DNA of 63,999 nt, counting the filler, from Diploschistes diacapsis (Eukaryota): NCBI GenBank assembly GCA_023645945.1. It is 4 parts of 4 records of this genome, joined end to end, with 100 filler letters (N's around TTAATTAATTAA, not from the genome) between each part and the next. Parts side by side here need not be neighbours in the genome. Positions count along the whole stretch, not along the records: positions 16,736 to 33,358 come from JALAIB010000495.1; positions 33,459 to 50,080 come from JALAIB010000496.1; 2 more parts are not named here. One strand, written 5' to 3'. Of the stretch, positions 23,768 to 35,981 are shown piece after piece. The translations under genes were made by a program, and so were the position numbers. Position 1 is the stretch's first letter, and each line of letters starts with the position of its first letter. The notes under the pieces are model-generated. The model was not told the DNA's origin and did not search any database. It saw only the letters and a program-made list of their open reading frames with translations.

Positions 23768-25484
23768 TACTGTAAGTACTTAGTACTAATGTCTCTCCTG
23801 GTACAAAACTACCCCACACACATAAAAACGCACGCACGCATAGTCTCTCTCTACCAAGTTACCCCTCGAGACCGAACTGCGAATCGAAATAAACCTTGGT
23901 TCGGCCGCTTCCATAGTGAGAACAGGCCGTGCTTATCCTCGCACTCGGGCCCCATCAAGGTCTATCTTCCCTCTCATAAATCTGTGGCGTCAATTCAGTT
24001 CTTTAGGGGGAAAACCCAAAAAAAGTTTAAACAAAACCATCACTCAGCCTCTTCGCTCCCCGTTTTGGGGACAAGTCAATGTTGCGCGATGCAGATGATT
24101 GCGATGTTTGTGTGTAAGACTAACTGATCCGTTGCTGCTATCGCATGTACGAGGTAGTCAAACTAACTAATAGCAGTCAAGGCGTTATACAAGGATAACA
24201 TTCGAGTGTTGCTTCGAGTACGTCGAGAACCATTGACTAGTACACCCTCCTTTGTCCAACATCGAAAATCATTCCTTCCTGCCAGTGAAGGATAGCATTA
24301 AGAGTCAGCCTACGTTGAAGGCTGAACATTACGGAATCCTGCTCAGGTCGCCTAATGCAATGAGCAACCTTGCAAAACTTCATGGGTCCTTAGGTTACTC
24401 ATGCGGGGAAATTTCGAGGTAAGTATACGAGAGTATAGCATGAATTATCTAGCCACTGTGTATTCGGAGCTTCCCTTAGTATCTTATAGGGTAATGGTGT
24501 TGTTATAGGAGCTAGTACAAGCTTCGCTCAAAAAGTTTAAGGGCCACCTTTTGACATCATACTAAGATTTCAGTGGCCTGCCGCGCTAACCGCAGGTAAA
24601 GCACATGCAAGTTCACCCCCTAATTGCGCAGGGTCATGCTTATCTAGCCACCCTGTTTTGCTTTATAGTATCTACGGGTAATTGTAGCAGACATGTTTTC
24701 CGGATCCGAGCGAGCTGATGATACTGCACTGGCCCTTGTTCTCTTAAGAGTGCATGCTTGTAAGTATAGCGAGCATCATAATGTCACGGCATCCTACTTT
24801 GTGCTACTTGACACGCCAGAGCGAAAATCGGGCGAGGTTGCGCAATGATACTAGTAGTTGGAGTAGATCTTATAGGACAGACTGCCAGGGCTTTGTTTTG
24901 AAGCTAATAATTTACGCACATACTCCGTCTGTATGAAATAGAGCTAACAGTCAGTCTTACTCCGTTCCATGTTGGAAAATCACTATAATCGATTACTGAT
25001 GCGGTAATCGGTAATCGACTACACATTATTGGATGATAGTCGTAATCGATTATTAATCAACTCGGAGATTAAGTATTAATGCGTAATAGCTCCAGAAATA
25101 GCATTAGAAAAGATTTAAGTCTTACGTGGTGCACAAAAAGTACAGCGAGCGCAAAAATGAAACTCGCTTGGGACCCGCGCCGTCTGGCCCGGGCCAGAAC
25201 GGGTGAGTGAGGGGCTGTCACCCCGTTTGTTTACTTTGCCTCGTCTAAATAGTACAACTCCAGTCCGTGTCCAAGTCAACAAGCAGACTCCCACAGAGGT
25301 ACAGCGCCAATAGTTACACTCTGTCTTCGCCCGCTTCATAGCCAATCTTGAGGCCTGGAGATAATTAATGATCTTGATCTGTCACAGGCGTGGGCATCAT
25401 TAGATGAAGAAGGGACTTTGAAGAGCTAGTTATGCCGAGAGGACGCGACACCTGCCTAACGAGCTGCATACCAGTTCCCCCAGA

Positions 25485-28295
25485 ATGTCACTCTCAATCT
25501 ACCAGAGAATATCAACAGCTCTTGTCTTCGCATTCATGAGCATCGCAGCTTCTTCGCAACTGCCATACAATCCCACTTTTGCCTTTGTCTCTCCGAGTAC
25601 GAGCCTTGTTTTTATTCTAAAGCCTTCAAATGATGGTTTAACATATCAGCTTTCATCCGTCAATACTAGCACGCAGCTATCCACGACTGACTTATCTACA
25701 ACAACGCTCTTGGGCTCCCTGCCATTCCAATTAAGCCCACAGACGGCCCTTTCCGCCACGCTAGATTCTCAGAACAGCTTTTACTTGCTGAGCGGAGCTT
25801 GTCATGATGGTGCTCAGGGAATCGGTCTTTGGACCTATAATGCCACGGGGTTCACTAATACTGGAGGAGGATGGATGCACAAAAGTTTGGAGACAGATGG
25901 AATCGAGGATCCTAAGTCGAATGGTGGTTTGAACTTCCTGGGCTCTGTGATAGCCTTTTCGGGAGCCGGAATGACGAACCCTGAGTTGTATAGTTTTGGA
26001 GGGCTCTGTCCGAACTCAACCTCGTTAATCGCCGAAACCTGGCAGAGTTCAGCAAGCTACTCAAATAATATGCTGCTGTTTCAAGCATCGTCTGGTGGCG
26101 GGCCCGAGCAATACGCTATCAACAATGTGGTCAGTCGTGGGCCACCGATACCAGAGGCAGGATTTTCCGTTTCGCCGCTCGACGCAGCGTATCTGAACTC
26201 CTCAGAGACAAGTGTCGTGAGCCAACAGAACTTTGCCTTCGTGGGAGGTCAGACATCAACCGCATTCATTAATATGTCCCAAGTGGCACTTTTCTCTCTT
26301 CCTGAACAGACCTGGTCCTTTTTACCTGTTAGTGACCCTGATTCATCCGCGACGTCAAATCCATCTCGAAGGGCTTCTGCTACGCTGGATCCAAGATCGG
26401 GCCATGCCGCCGCAATCTCTGACGATGGACGGAGAATCTGGATCGTTGGGGGCTGGGTAGGCGACGTGAGTACTCCCGCTGACCCTCAACTACTAGTTTT
26501 GGAAGTCGGCGGTAGTTACGGTGGTACTGGTAACTGGCAATGGACAATACCTAGTCAGGAAACTGGAGGACCGGCGGGGTTATACGGCCATGCAGCTGTT
26601 ATGCTTCCTGGAGATATACTTATGATCACTGGTGGTTATGATATCTCAAACGTAAATTCGAAACTACTACGCAGGAGAACGGGACCTCCAGCAAGTACCA
26701 ACACTTACTTCTACAATACCTCCTCGAACATGTGGATCTCGAATTACCAAAACCCCAATGCAAACAGTAATACATCCAGCGGCTCATTTAGCCCGAGTGA
26801 CCAAACTTCAGGAAAGACAATTGGCCTCGGTGTTGGCCTTGGGTTAGGCTTGCCTTTTTTGATTGTCGGTTTACTTTATGTCCTCTATCGCCGCAGATTA
26901 AGGAAGCGTCGACAGCGTAGAGATCGCGCCCTGCAGATACCCATCAATCCGCCCGCTTATCAGTCCCGTATACCAGGCTCCGGAGGGATTGATAGGCAAA
27001 ATGATATTCCAGATCAACAGGCTATGCAAGAAAGGAGCACGGCAAACCCGTACCCTTGGGCACCCGCACCAGCGACTGCGGGTAGCTTGGGAGTGGGTCG
27101 AGGGTCTGAGGCAGAACGCACTGGGCTCCTGTACGACATTCCAAGTCCCACGAGAGGCTTACGTCGGTCATTGCATTCTCGAAGTAACAATCACTGGTAC
27201 GAAGATGGTCGTCGAAGTCGAGGATCTGGTCATATTCATCCTATTAACGAGGAAGACGAAGGTGATCCCTCGAGCGGAGGACGCAATGCTCGATCCGGAC
27301 AAACCTTGATACCCTTGAGCGACGACATTGTCTCGGCAGCCCCGGTCCTCGACCCATTTCAAGACTCTCGGGACCGTCATCTTCTCGACGGATCCAGGTC
27401 GCCGTCCCCCGTGTCGCCAGCACAGGAGCGCGAGCAAGAATTTCAAGGCTGGATGAACGATTGGACAGTGGCACAGTATCGCAGGCAACAGCAGGCAGGC
27501 CGAACATCACCTGATAAATCCGACCGGACCTCTTCTTCGCTGAGCGACTCGGCGCGCTCAGCAATCTCCGCCCTCTCCTATCAGCCATCGGTAAAGCGTA
27601 GCTCTTCTCAACGCTCTGCAGCTCTGCTATCAGCAAACGTGCTTCCATCTCCTCAGCGCATTTCCCCTCCGGAGTCACCTCAGTCACCCACCGCCCCCGC
27701 TCAGTATCGAAGATCCCATTCACTCACGCTCGGTCAACGTTCGAGAATCGAGGAAAGTGAACCATCCGGGCCTTCTTTCCCTCGTCTCCAAGCTGAAGGC
27801 CAGGCCTTGTTGGGCAGAGCGCCACCGCAACCGGATTCTCCAACACGTACTGAAAGCCGAGCGCGGACGTGGATGGGCAGTGTGAGGCGAGCGCTCACCG
27901 GAAGCCAAAGAAACAGCATCGTAACTCCGGAAGGGAGGTCTTCGCTAGGGTCAGAGCCAGGGATGCTTCAGCGCTCGGCAAGTGCAGGAAGTATGCCCTG
28001 GAGGAGAAGACAGGGTGCCAGAGATTGGGACTACGACGACCCATCACCGGAACCGGGCCCGACCAGCACACACGGCCCGGATGAGGATGATTGGGATGTG
28101 GAATCTGCGGTAGAGCGCAGAGTCGTGCAAGTCATGTTTACAGTGCCTAAAGACAGGCTGCGGGTGGTGAATGCAGGACCTGGAGGTGACGGAGCAAGCA
28201 TCGCAAGCGTAGAGCAGGATCCGCTCATCGATGCTAGTCAGGAGAAGAACAAGGCCAAGGCGAAGGATGAGCACGAAGGCCAAGGGGTTGACTGA
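25485..28295 (+). CDS. Type I membrane protein with kelch/galactose-oxidase-like beta-propeller ectodomain
   Basis: 936-aa intronless ORF: signal peptide, kelch-like GG motifs (YSFGGLCP, FVGGQT, PRSGHAA, IVGGWVGD, GLYGHAAVMLPG), TM helix GLGVGLGLGLPFLIVGLLYVLY followed by RRR, and tail DDWDVESAVERRVVQVMFTVPK. Confidence 0.85.
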   Translation: MSLSIYQRISTALVFAFMSIAASSQLPYNPTFAFVSPSTSLVFILKPSNDGLTYQLSSVNTSTQLSTTDLSTTTLLGSLPFQLSPQTALSATLDSQNSFYLLSGACHDGAQGIGLWTYNATGFTNTGGGWMHKSLETDGIEDPKSNGGLNFLGSVIAFSGAGMTNPELYSFGGLCPNSTSLIAETWQSSASYSNNMLLFQASSGGGPEQYAINNVVSRGPPIPEAGFSVSPLDAAYLNSSETSVVSQQNFAFVGGQTSTAFINMSQVALFSLPEQTWSFLPVSDPDSSATSNPSRRASATLDPRSGHAAAISDDGRRIWIVGGWVGDVSTPADPQLLVLEVGGSYGGTGNWQWTIPSQETGGPAGLYGHAAVMLPGDILMITGGYDISNVNSKLLRRRTGPPASTNTYFYNTSSNMWISNYQNPNANSNTSSGSFSPSDQTSGKTIGLGVGLGLGLPFLIVGLLYVLYRRRLRKRRQRRDRALQIPINPPAYQSRIPGSGGIDRQNDIPDQQAMQERSTANPYPWAPAPATAGSLGVGRGSEAERTGLLYDIPSPTRGLRRSLHSRSNNHWYEDGRRSRGSGHIHPINEEDEGDPSSGGRNARSGQTLIPLSDDIVSAAPVLDPFQDSRDRHLLDGSRSPSPVSPAQEREQEFQGWMNDWTVAQYRRQQQAGRTSPDKSDRTSSSLSDSARSAISALSYQPSVKRSSSQRSAALLSANVLPSPQRISPPESPQSPTAPAQYRRSHSLTLGQRSRIEESEPSGPSFPRLQAEGQALLGRAPPQPDSPTRTESRARTWMGSVRRALTGSQRNSIVTPEGRSSLGSEPGMLQRSASAGSMPWRRRQGARDWDYDDPSPEPGPTSTHGPDEDDWDVESAVERRVVQVMFTVPKDRLRVVNAGPGGDGASIASVEQDPLIDASQEKNKAKAKDEHEGQGVD

Positions 28296-30624
28296 CGGAA
28301 GGCCTTCCATTTCGGGAACTGGTAGGAGGCTTCTGGAGACTACATGATGATTCTAAAGCCAGGCGTTAGAGGCAAATTTGTTTCCTTTGGCCATTTGGGT
28401 TCGCCAGTGTCATTGGGAAAGGGAGACTCTGGAAGCGATACTCTGCGACCCCAGCTACTTGTGCCTGTTTTGAGGTTTGGGCTATATCCTGAGCCGACAG
28501 CTCCAAGTGTTACCCACAGGTTTCATCAAGATGTATGGCCTCCAAATAGAAGCTGCGGACCAGTTGAAACCGAGAGTGGGGCCGAGCTTCTGTGGGACTG
28601 ATGAGTGTCTCGCTAGGTGACCAGAGTATCGTACAACAAGTCAACGCTATGGTTGTCGTCGTCGGTTGAACCCGTTGAACGTTGCGTGACGACCTCCATA
28701 TGACCGTGAGGCTGAACACACAAACTTCTCTGGTAGCTACTATGGGGGTGTATGTATCCAACAAAGATGATATTACCCAGGGGCCAGGGGCAACAAAAGC
28801 CAGCCACTTCAGCCCCTCCGGCAGCTTCTACTCCGTCTTATGACTTCTAGTCTCTAACCATATAAGATCTTTATGGATCGAGTTCGTCCTTTAGCTGACT
28901 GAAATGACTAAGAAACGGGATTTTAAGCATGACGGCTGAGAGGCTGATTACAAATGCCATTCCCTGCCTTTTGCTGGCCGCCATGTGCAATGCGTGATTG
29001 GGACAATGATACAGACAAGGTCCCTTTCTGGAACCTTCAGACTTTGAAGCGTGTCCGTCCAAGTACTCGACTCTACTCTTGGCACCCACCCTCTTGAATA
29101 CAGAATACACCAACAATACAACACCTATCCAAGGGAATAAGAGGTGAAGAGACCGAGTTAGCCAATTGGGATGATATACGGACAAACACAGCCTTGTTCA
29201 AGGCAGATTCCATATACGAAGCAATTGAGACTAATCTCTCGATTGTACCATGCATGGTGACGAAATACCAGTCGCTTCCATCTCGACGATCTTCAAGGGA
29301 GGTCAATACCCTGACAGAATGGGCCACGGTACACAAGAGCAGAGTCGGACCTTGAAACCGCTATTAGTGGGAACCCAAACCACAGCGGGGTACTACAGTC
29401 AATAGAGGGCGAAGTAAGCATGAGAACTGATAAGCCACGGGGTGAAGGTGGTATCTGACAATAGCCCTTTGCCGCAGTTTGGAACAATACTCAACAACAA
29501 CTTGCAAAGAGAATCGGATACGCATACATACATGCTTACATACATGCAAAATCCAGAATTATCAAAGTACACGTAGCTTGTACCAAGGGCTGAGGACTAC
29601 GAACGTAGGAAGGGTGTATAAGACCCCCTCGAGACGGGCGCAGAGCACTGCCTCACCTGTAGTAGCCTGTAGGGCCAAGATGGGTTTTTTTGACGATCTA
29701 CAGCAGGTGTACCTAAGATTAGCACACATTGCACAGAGGCGACCAAACGTTAGGAAAGGAAAAGAAAAAGGGAAAGGAAAAGGAAAAGGAAGATCTTGCG
29801 TATGCCTAGGAACTTGGTCAACATATGGTCTGCTGGAGAGGTACATTATTAGAAGGTTGTGGTTTCCGCGAACATGGTTACGATACAGCGCCAACAAGAG
29901 AAGGAGGCAAGAAGATTCATGGAAGACCAGGCCAGGAAGAGGTTCTGGAACAAGTTGTTGACCTTGCTGTGACAGCTTCGAGGAGGACTCTGAAGCTCTG
30001 AATCCAAAACGACTTGCAGGTGCCTGCCTGCCCCCATGCGAGAGTTGGAACACTGCGGCAGTAACGAATGATGATCTTTCCGGGCGTCGCTAAAGATACA
30101 ACGAGCGCAGCAGCAGTGCACAGTGCACAGTGCACAAATCAGTTTGCACACCGCACCCACCACACCCGCACCTCTCTTTACGCTCTTTTTGCTGTGCATC
30201 CCCTAAAGTACTTTACGAAATCTACCAGCACCCCAGAGCCCATGCGCGATAATGCTTCTATCCATCTGCGTGCAGACTACATCAATGGTGAATAATAAGC
30301 TCGGTGATTGCCCTCTCTCCAGGGGCACGGTCCAAGCACGTACTTTGTACATTATGCTCTGAAGCCAGCAATTATATCGTTACTGTATCATCATGCAAGC
30401 CTTGACCCTTGGAACTATACGGCGCCTTTTCGTTTGATTGCGCATCCTCCTTCTTAAGCCAGCTGAGCTTTTCGATTACTGCCGAAATATCACTGCTATA
30501 TTCCACTGCATCAGTCAAAAAAGGGCAACAACTGCACACGCTATCTATCTATTTATTTATCTATCTATCTATCAGTGTCGAGGAACGACTCAGCCCAACG
30601 TATTATTATCCGCATTCCCCCCCA

Positions 30625-30679
30625 GGCGGCGGAGGCGGCGGGGGCGGCACTAAAAAGCCTCTAAAGCCTCTAGAGCCTT
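30625..30679. promoter_or_regulatory. Candidate calcineurin-dependent response element (CDRE) cluster upstream of crz1
   Basis: AGCCTC at 30656 and 30665 and AGCCTT at 30674 (reverse complement GAGGCT/AAGGCT), 9-bp periodicity, next to a GGAGGCGG tract, about 650 bp upstream of the ATG. Confidence 0.4.
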
Positions 30680-31312
30680 TGACTTCAGTCATTTTGGTGC
30701 CTAGTCTGCGCCATAGCTAAAACTTACACTACTACTAACTACTACCGACGACTACTACTAGACGACTACTACTACTGTGTGCTTCGCTTGACAAGTGCTA
30801 CTATCTTATCCTAGGCTCCTAGTAATAACGCTTTGCTTCATATTTTGAAGCAAGCTAGCAAAACCGTTATCATTCTCACACTCAACGCAAAACGGGCCAC
30901 TGAAACCACACAAGGGCTTGGTTGTGTCGTTGCTTGCTCAACGCACTACAGTCTACGGTCTACACTCCACTGTTCGGCGACAGTCTGCTCTTATCCTACT
31001 CCGCTTTATTCGCGATTGCTCCCACAGTCTTAGGGTTGGCCCTGCCTCTACGAAGAGCCGCATAGCCCCAACGCTCGAGCTCTGCCTTGCGGTTGATTGG
31101 CTTGACTAGTATCGAAATAGAACCACCAGCAGTTGAAAGAGCTTGGACCTTCTGATATCGATAATTGCCGGCGGAAGCTTTGCCGGACATATATCCAAGC
31201 CCCATATCCAAACCTCTTGCTGCCGGACTCTGCCTCGGTCACAAGTCATATCTCGATCTGACCGGGATCGCGCTGCTCGTACCGGTATCCTAGGAACCTC
31301 AAAGGCTTCGAT

Positions 31313-33358
31313 ATGGAGGTTCAGCAGGGGCGCACCAGCAGGTCCCCCTCCGTTGGACTTCCGCAAGGACAGAGCGCCAGCCATTCTTCTCCGCCACCCC
31401 ATTTCAGCCAGCAGTCGCCAACGATGAACCCAAATGCCAGTGCTTCGTTCAATCCAGCCATCTTTACGACGGGTATGCAAAGCGATACCAACAACCACTT
31501 CAGCTTCGCCGACCACAGTGGCTTCATGAATCACGCCTCGGCTGCGTCAGCTTTCCCGCAGCAAACGCTACCCAGCACCAACTTTTCTTCCCCCAATGAA
31601 GCTTTCAAGAGGAACAGCATTTCGGACCAGAGACCTTCGGCGCTGGACCTACAAAACTCCAACCATCAATTTACAGATGACTTCAATAATCCCTTCCCGT
31701 GTGCAAGGGACGGCAGCTTCGTGCTGGATCCTGCCCTGCAAGCAGCTGGTCAATCAAACCAATCAATAAATCCCGCTGATATCATGGGAGGTCAAGAGCA
31801 GGGACCCAACGGACGAGACATGTTGCACATGGATCAGCAAGGCTTGTCGCCGAAGAACTCGCCAGCCCTTCGCGAGGGCCTCTATTCGCCAAATCACTCA
31901 CATCACCGTTCCACGCTGGATCCTGCAACCGCGGGCCTCACACAAACCGCAAGAGGCGGAGAATGGACAGGCATGGCCGGAGGGCCTTTCGGACATCGAA
32001 GAGCTCCATCGGAGCATTCAGACGTCTCTTCTGTCGGGCCCTCGCCTTACCTCAAGCAAGACGGCTTCGACGCCTTTGACCACCAACATTCGCCACTTTT
32101 GAATGCTCAACAAGATCCCAATACCTTCCAGAACACGCTCGGCATGGAGAGATTTACGATATCGGAGACGAACCAGCAAGGAATAAGTCCAAGCATGAGC
32201 CCATATCCGTCGCCAAGGATGTCTCCTCATCGGCCGGTCGGTCTTGCGCCAGAAAGCCAGTTCATCCTTGGCTCGAACGACCCTACTTTTGGCGCGAGTC
32301 CGGGCCCCGAGATGTATGCAGGTCAGGAGATTGGAGGCGACATGGGTCAAGCCCAGCAGATGGAGCCGCCTTCGATCAACGTGACGTTTGCCCCAACAAG
32401 GCATATGATGGATCCGAACAGGGACGAAGGTAACGCCGATGCGCTAAGCCCACCCAGCAGAGGTGAGAGATCTTCCACGTACCGACAAAACTTGAATCTA
32501 TCTGACAGCTTCTCCAGGCCGCAACAGGCTTCGTGCCAAATCAGACCCGATGTCTCCCATGACCCGGCCTCTCTCGCCAGGTGAAGCCTCGGCCCAGCTC
32601 AATGCCCTCGGCGCGAACCAGCGCCAGCGCTCTCTCTCCCCCTTCGATCACCCCTTTGCTTCTTCTTCTTCTTCTCGCGAAGCCTCTCCCGGCGGTAGCA
32701 AATCCTCGCGTCGCTCCTCCACCTCCTCGATCCCGCACCGCGATTACATCCTCGACCTCGCCGATCCCTCGCGTACGCCACCGGGCGATCACAAGCACAA
32801 GATCCAAAAACACCCCGCCACCTTCCAATGCTCCCTCTGCCCGAAGCGATTCACGCGCGCCTACAACCTCCGCTCCCATCTTCGCACCCACACCGACGAG
32901 CGCCCCTTCGTGTGCACCGTCTGCGGCAAGGCCTTTGCACGGCAACACGACCGCAAGCGCCACGAAGGCCTGCACTCGGGCGAAAAGAAATTCGTCTGCA
33001 AGGGCGAGCTCGCAAACAGCGGCTCCTGGGGCTGTGGGCGGCGGTTCGCGCGCGCGGACGCCCTGGGTCGGCACTTCCGCTCCGAGGCCGGGCGCGTGTG
33101 CATCAAGCCCCTCTTGGACGAGGAGGCTGCGGAGAGACAGCGCCACTTCGAACAGCAGATGCTGGCCCAGCAGGGCATGCACCCCGGCAGCATGCCGATG
33201 CCGCCGCAGCCGCAGAGCATGGACGTCGGCGGCGGTGGATTCACGCTGCCGGCGGCCCTGCTGGCGCAGTATCCCGCCCTGCAAGGCTTGCAGTGGGATC
33301 AGCTCGGTGCGACGGGAGGGCCGGGGGACGAGGGGGAGTTGTCCGGGCGGAATAGCTT
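31313..33358 (+). CDS. crz1: Calcineurin-responsive C2H2 zinc-finger transcription factor Crz1/CrzA (3' truncated by contig end)
   Basis: Exons 31313-32462 and 32518-33358+. [13 protein letters not shown], PxIxIT-like docking site PSINVT, and zinc fingers [28 protein letters not shown]...[15 protein letters not shown]. Confidence 0.93.
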
Positions 33359-33458
33359 NNNNNNNNNNNNNNNNNNNNNNNNNNNNNNNNNNNNNNNNNN
33401 NNTTAATTAATTAANNNNNNNNNNNNNNNNNNNNNNNNNNNNNNNNNNNNNNNNNNNN
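33359..33458. other. Artificial contig spacer N44-TTAATTAATTAA-N44
   Basis: Same 100-nt structure. It truncates crz1 and LCL2. Confidence 0.97.
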
Positions 33459-33568
33459 CCCTCCCTCCATACTCTTCTTCCCCCCTCAACCCTAATCTTG
33501 TTCCTCCTCTTTCGCTATCTACAAATCTCGCAAAACAAACGCTAACGTTGCATCTCTCCCCGCACCAG

Positions 33569-33762
33569 CTATCTGCGACAAATACCTCTGCCCGTCGACG
33601 CTCTCGTGCGTCGATAAGCCGTCGCACTGCCCCTGCGCGTGGCCGAACCAGGAAGACAAGGTTGAGATGTCGGAAGGGTTGGCGCTGTGTGCGTCCAAGG
33701 GCGGGTGGAAGGTTGGGGAGATGGGGCGGAAGGTTGAGTTGGCGAGGAAGGGGCTTATATGA
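33569..33762 (+). CDS. LCL2: Long chronological lifespan protein 2, last exon only (5' part lost at contig start)
   Basis: After a GCTAAC branch site and CAG acceptor: [63 protein letters not shown]. Not in the ORF track. Confidence 0.88.
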
Positions 33763-34225
33763 TAAGACAGGTGGGATGGGATGGGAAAGAGAGGGAAGGG
33801 GAAAAGCGTTGGAGAGGGGAAGACTTTACGAGATAAGTTTACAAGGATGGTGGATAGAGGGTGTCACCTGTTGTGGTGCGACGTGAGAATATGCATACGG
33901 TCCTTGGTGCATTACCTCCCTATACAAGCTCACCCCTTTCCCCCCACATCTCTATTGTTCAAGCCCTGTAGCGAGCGATTTTCCCTGTTTCCCCTCCTCC
34001 AAAAGCCATCTTACAATTATTATTTTCTTTCATTGATTGACTTGATATGCTAAGTGGTTGAGTGTGGATATCCTGATATGTACCTTGCCTATATAAACAG
34101 AGAGTGAGCTGGGAAGGTGTTAGACGTTAAGGTCGTTACGAGCCACACAAAGTTCATCCAGTCCAAGCCGAGCCCGAGGGGCTTACTGCAAGTCATGGAT
34201 GCACAAGTCCGCACCCGCTGTTCTC

Positions 34226-35981
34226 CTACGAACGAGGCGTCATAGCAACCTTGCACCTGCCAAAGCCCACACAAGTGATCTGCATTTTCTCCCTCCAAGG
34301 CTCCGGGTCCCTGCTCTCGATCCTCTCATACTCCTGTAGCAGGCGTATCAGAATGTACGAAGTCTCCGCGAGGGCGAATTGCTCTACACCGAAAAACATG
34401 TCAGTACACGTGCAGCATCTGAATCCAACAAGAGACCCAGTGCCAATGGACCACGACGCAATCTTTCCAAAAAACCACAAGAAGAAGAAGAAGAAAGAGC
34501 ACTCACGTCCGATACAGATCCTCGGCCCCCCATTAAACGGCAAAAACGCCCAGCCCGGTCTGACGCCCTTCCTCACGACCTCGCCCTTCTCATCCACCTC
34601 GTCCAGCCACCTCTCGACCCGGAACTCCTCGGCGTCCTCGCCCCAAACGTCTTTCTGCCTCTGCATACTGTACAGATTCCACCCGACCAGCGTCCCCTTC
34701 GCGACGAACACCGGCTTGTCGCCGCGGGGCCCTCCGCCGACGGGCAGGACCGTGTCCTCAATCGCCTGCCTACCGTTCAGGGGAAGGATGGGGTACATTC
34801 TCAGGGACTCGTTGATGAAGGCACGGAGATATTTGAGGGACTTGACGGCTTCGAGGTCGAGGGATGAGAGGGTTTGGATTTCGTGGCGGAGGGCCGATTG
34901 GATGTCGGGCCGGCGGGAGAGGGTGAATAGGAGGTTGGAGAGGAGGGAGGCGGTGGTTTCGCGACCGGCGAGGAGGACGTTGAGGAGTTCGGTGCGGATT
35001 TTGGTGTGGTCGGAGGTTTGTGAGAAGAGGTGGTCGAGGAATATGTAGCGGTTTGAGGAGGAGGCGGAGGAGTCTGGTTTTGAGGTCGAGCGGGAGGAGA
35101 GGGCGCGGGCGATTATGGAGTCGGCGAAGTCTGTTAGGTGGAGCGTCAGTGTGGGTTTTCGCTTGCTCGGGACCTTGAGTTACGGGGATCAGAAAGGAGA
35201 GCATTTTACCATGTACGACCTTGCAGTCTCGTGTGAATTGAGGATCTGTGAAGAATGCACTCAGATACCCGATCCGTCCGCCTCCGACCAGGTTGGTGGT
35301 GCAGCGGTTCCAGGATTCTACGAATCTGGCTGTTTCGGGAGAGCTCCGGGCGGCGGCTAGGTCGTTGGTGCTCTGGCCGAAGAGGAACTCGGTCGATATG
35401 TCCATTGACAGGCGGAAGAATAGGGGCTGTAGATCGACCGTAGACCCGTCATGCGGGATGACCCGGAAGAGGTGTCCTATATGCCGCTCAAACAGATCCA
35501 CGTCTGCGACCTGAGCCCTGTTGAAGTTCGGACGCAACAAGTCGCGCGAGTGCCGCCAGGCCGCACCATCTGATGCGAAAATGCCCTCTCCCAGCAGAGG
35601 GATGAAGGGCTTGCGATTGACTCCTATGCTCCATGAATTGAAATCCGTGGCCAAGATACTTTGCACGTTATCCGGCTCATTGGTGCTTAGGATCCTCTTG
35701 CCCAAAAAACGGATGAGGAGGGTGCGGCCATTGTAGCGCTCGAACTCCTTGTGGCCGTTTTCGAGGATGGTATGGTTTTTCAGGAATTTGGCGTTCGTAA
35801 TGATCAGGCTGAGGCCCCAGAAGCTTGATCGTCGTACTTTGGGTGGCTCGCAGCCCCTTTCTTTCGCCCTGTGGCGGTCATAGGCCTCCGTGCTAAGCTC
35901 CCAGTAAAGTCGATATATGATGTACAATACTGTTGTCCATAGGGGAATTTGTACATAGAGCAGTCCGAATGTAGAAAACAT
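34226..35981 (-). CDS. Cytochrome P450, CYP52 clan (alkane/fatty-acid hydroxylase-like)
   Basis: Exons 35981-35210, 35130-34507 and 34383-34226. Motifs GEGIFASDGAAWRHSR, I-helix LLAGRETTA, ESLR and heme motif FNGGPRICIGQQFA. Confidence 0.92.

Noticed and set aside
32541..33355. Long alternative-frame and antisense ORFs over GC-rich genes (also over acuK, the P450 and the PTP)
   Set aside because: Shadow ORFs caused by high GC3 codon bias.
19100..33358. CAMKK kinase and crz1 as a calcium-signalling cluster
   Set aside because: They are about 8 kb apart with an unrelated gene between, and the kinase looks like a SNF1-activating type. There is no evidence beyond proximity.
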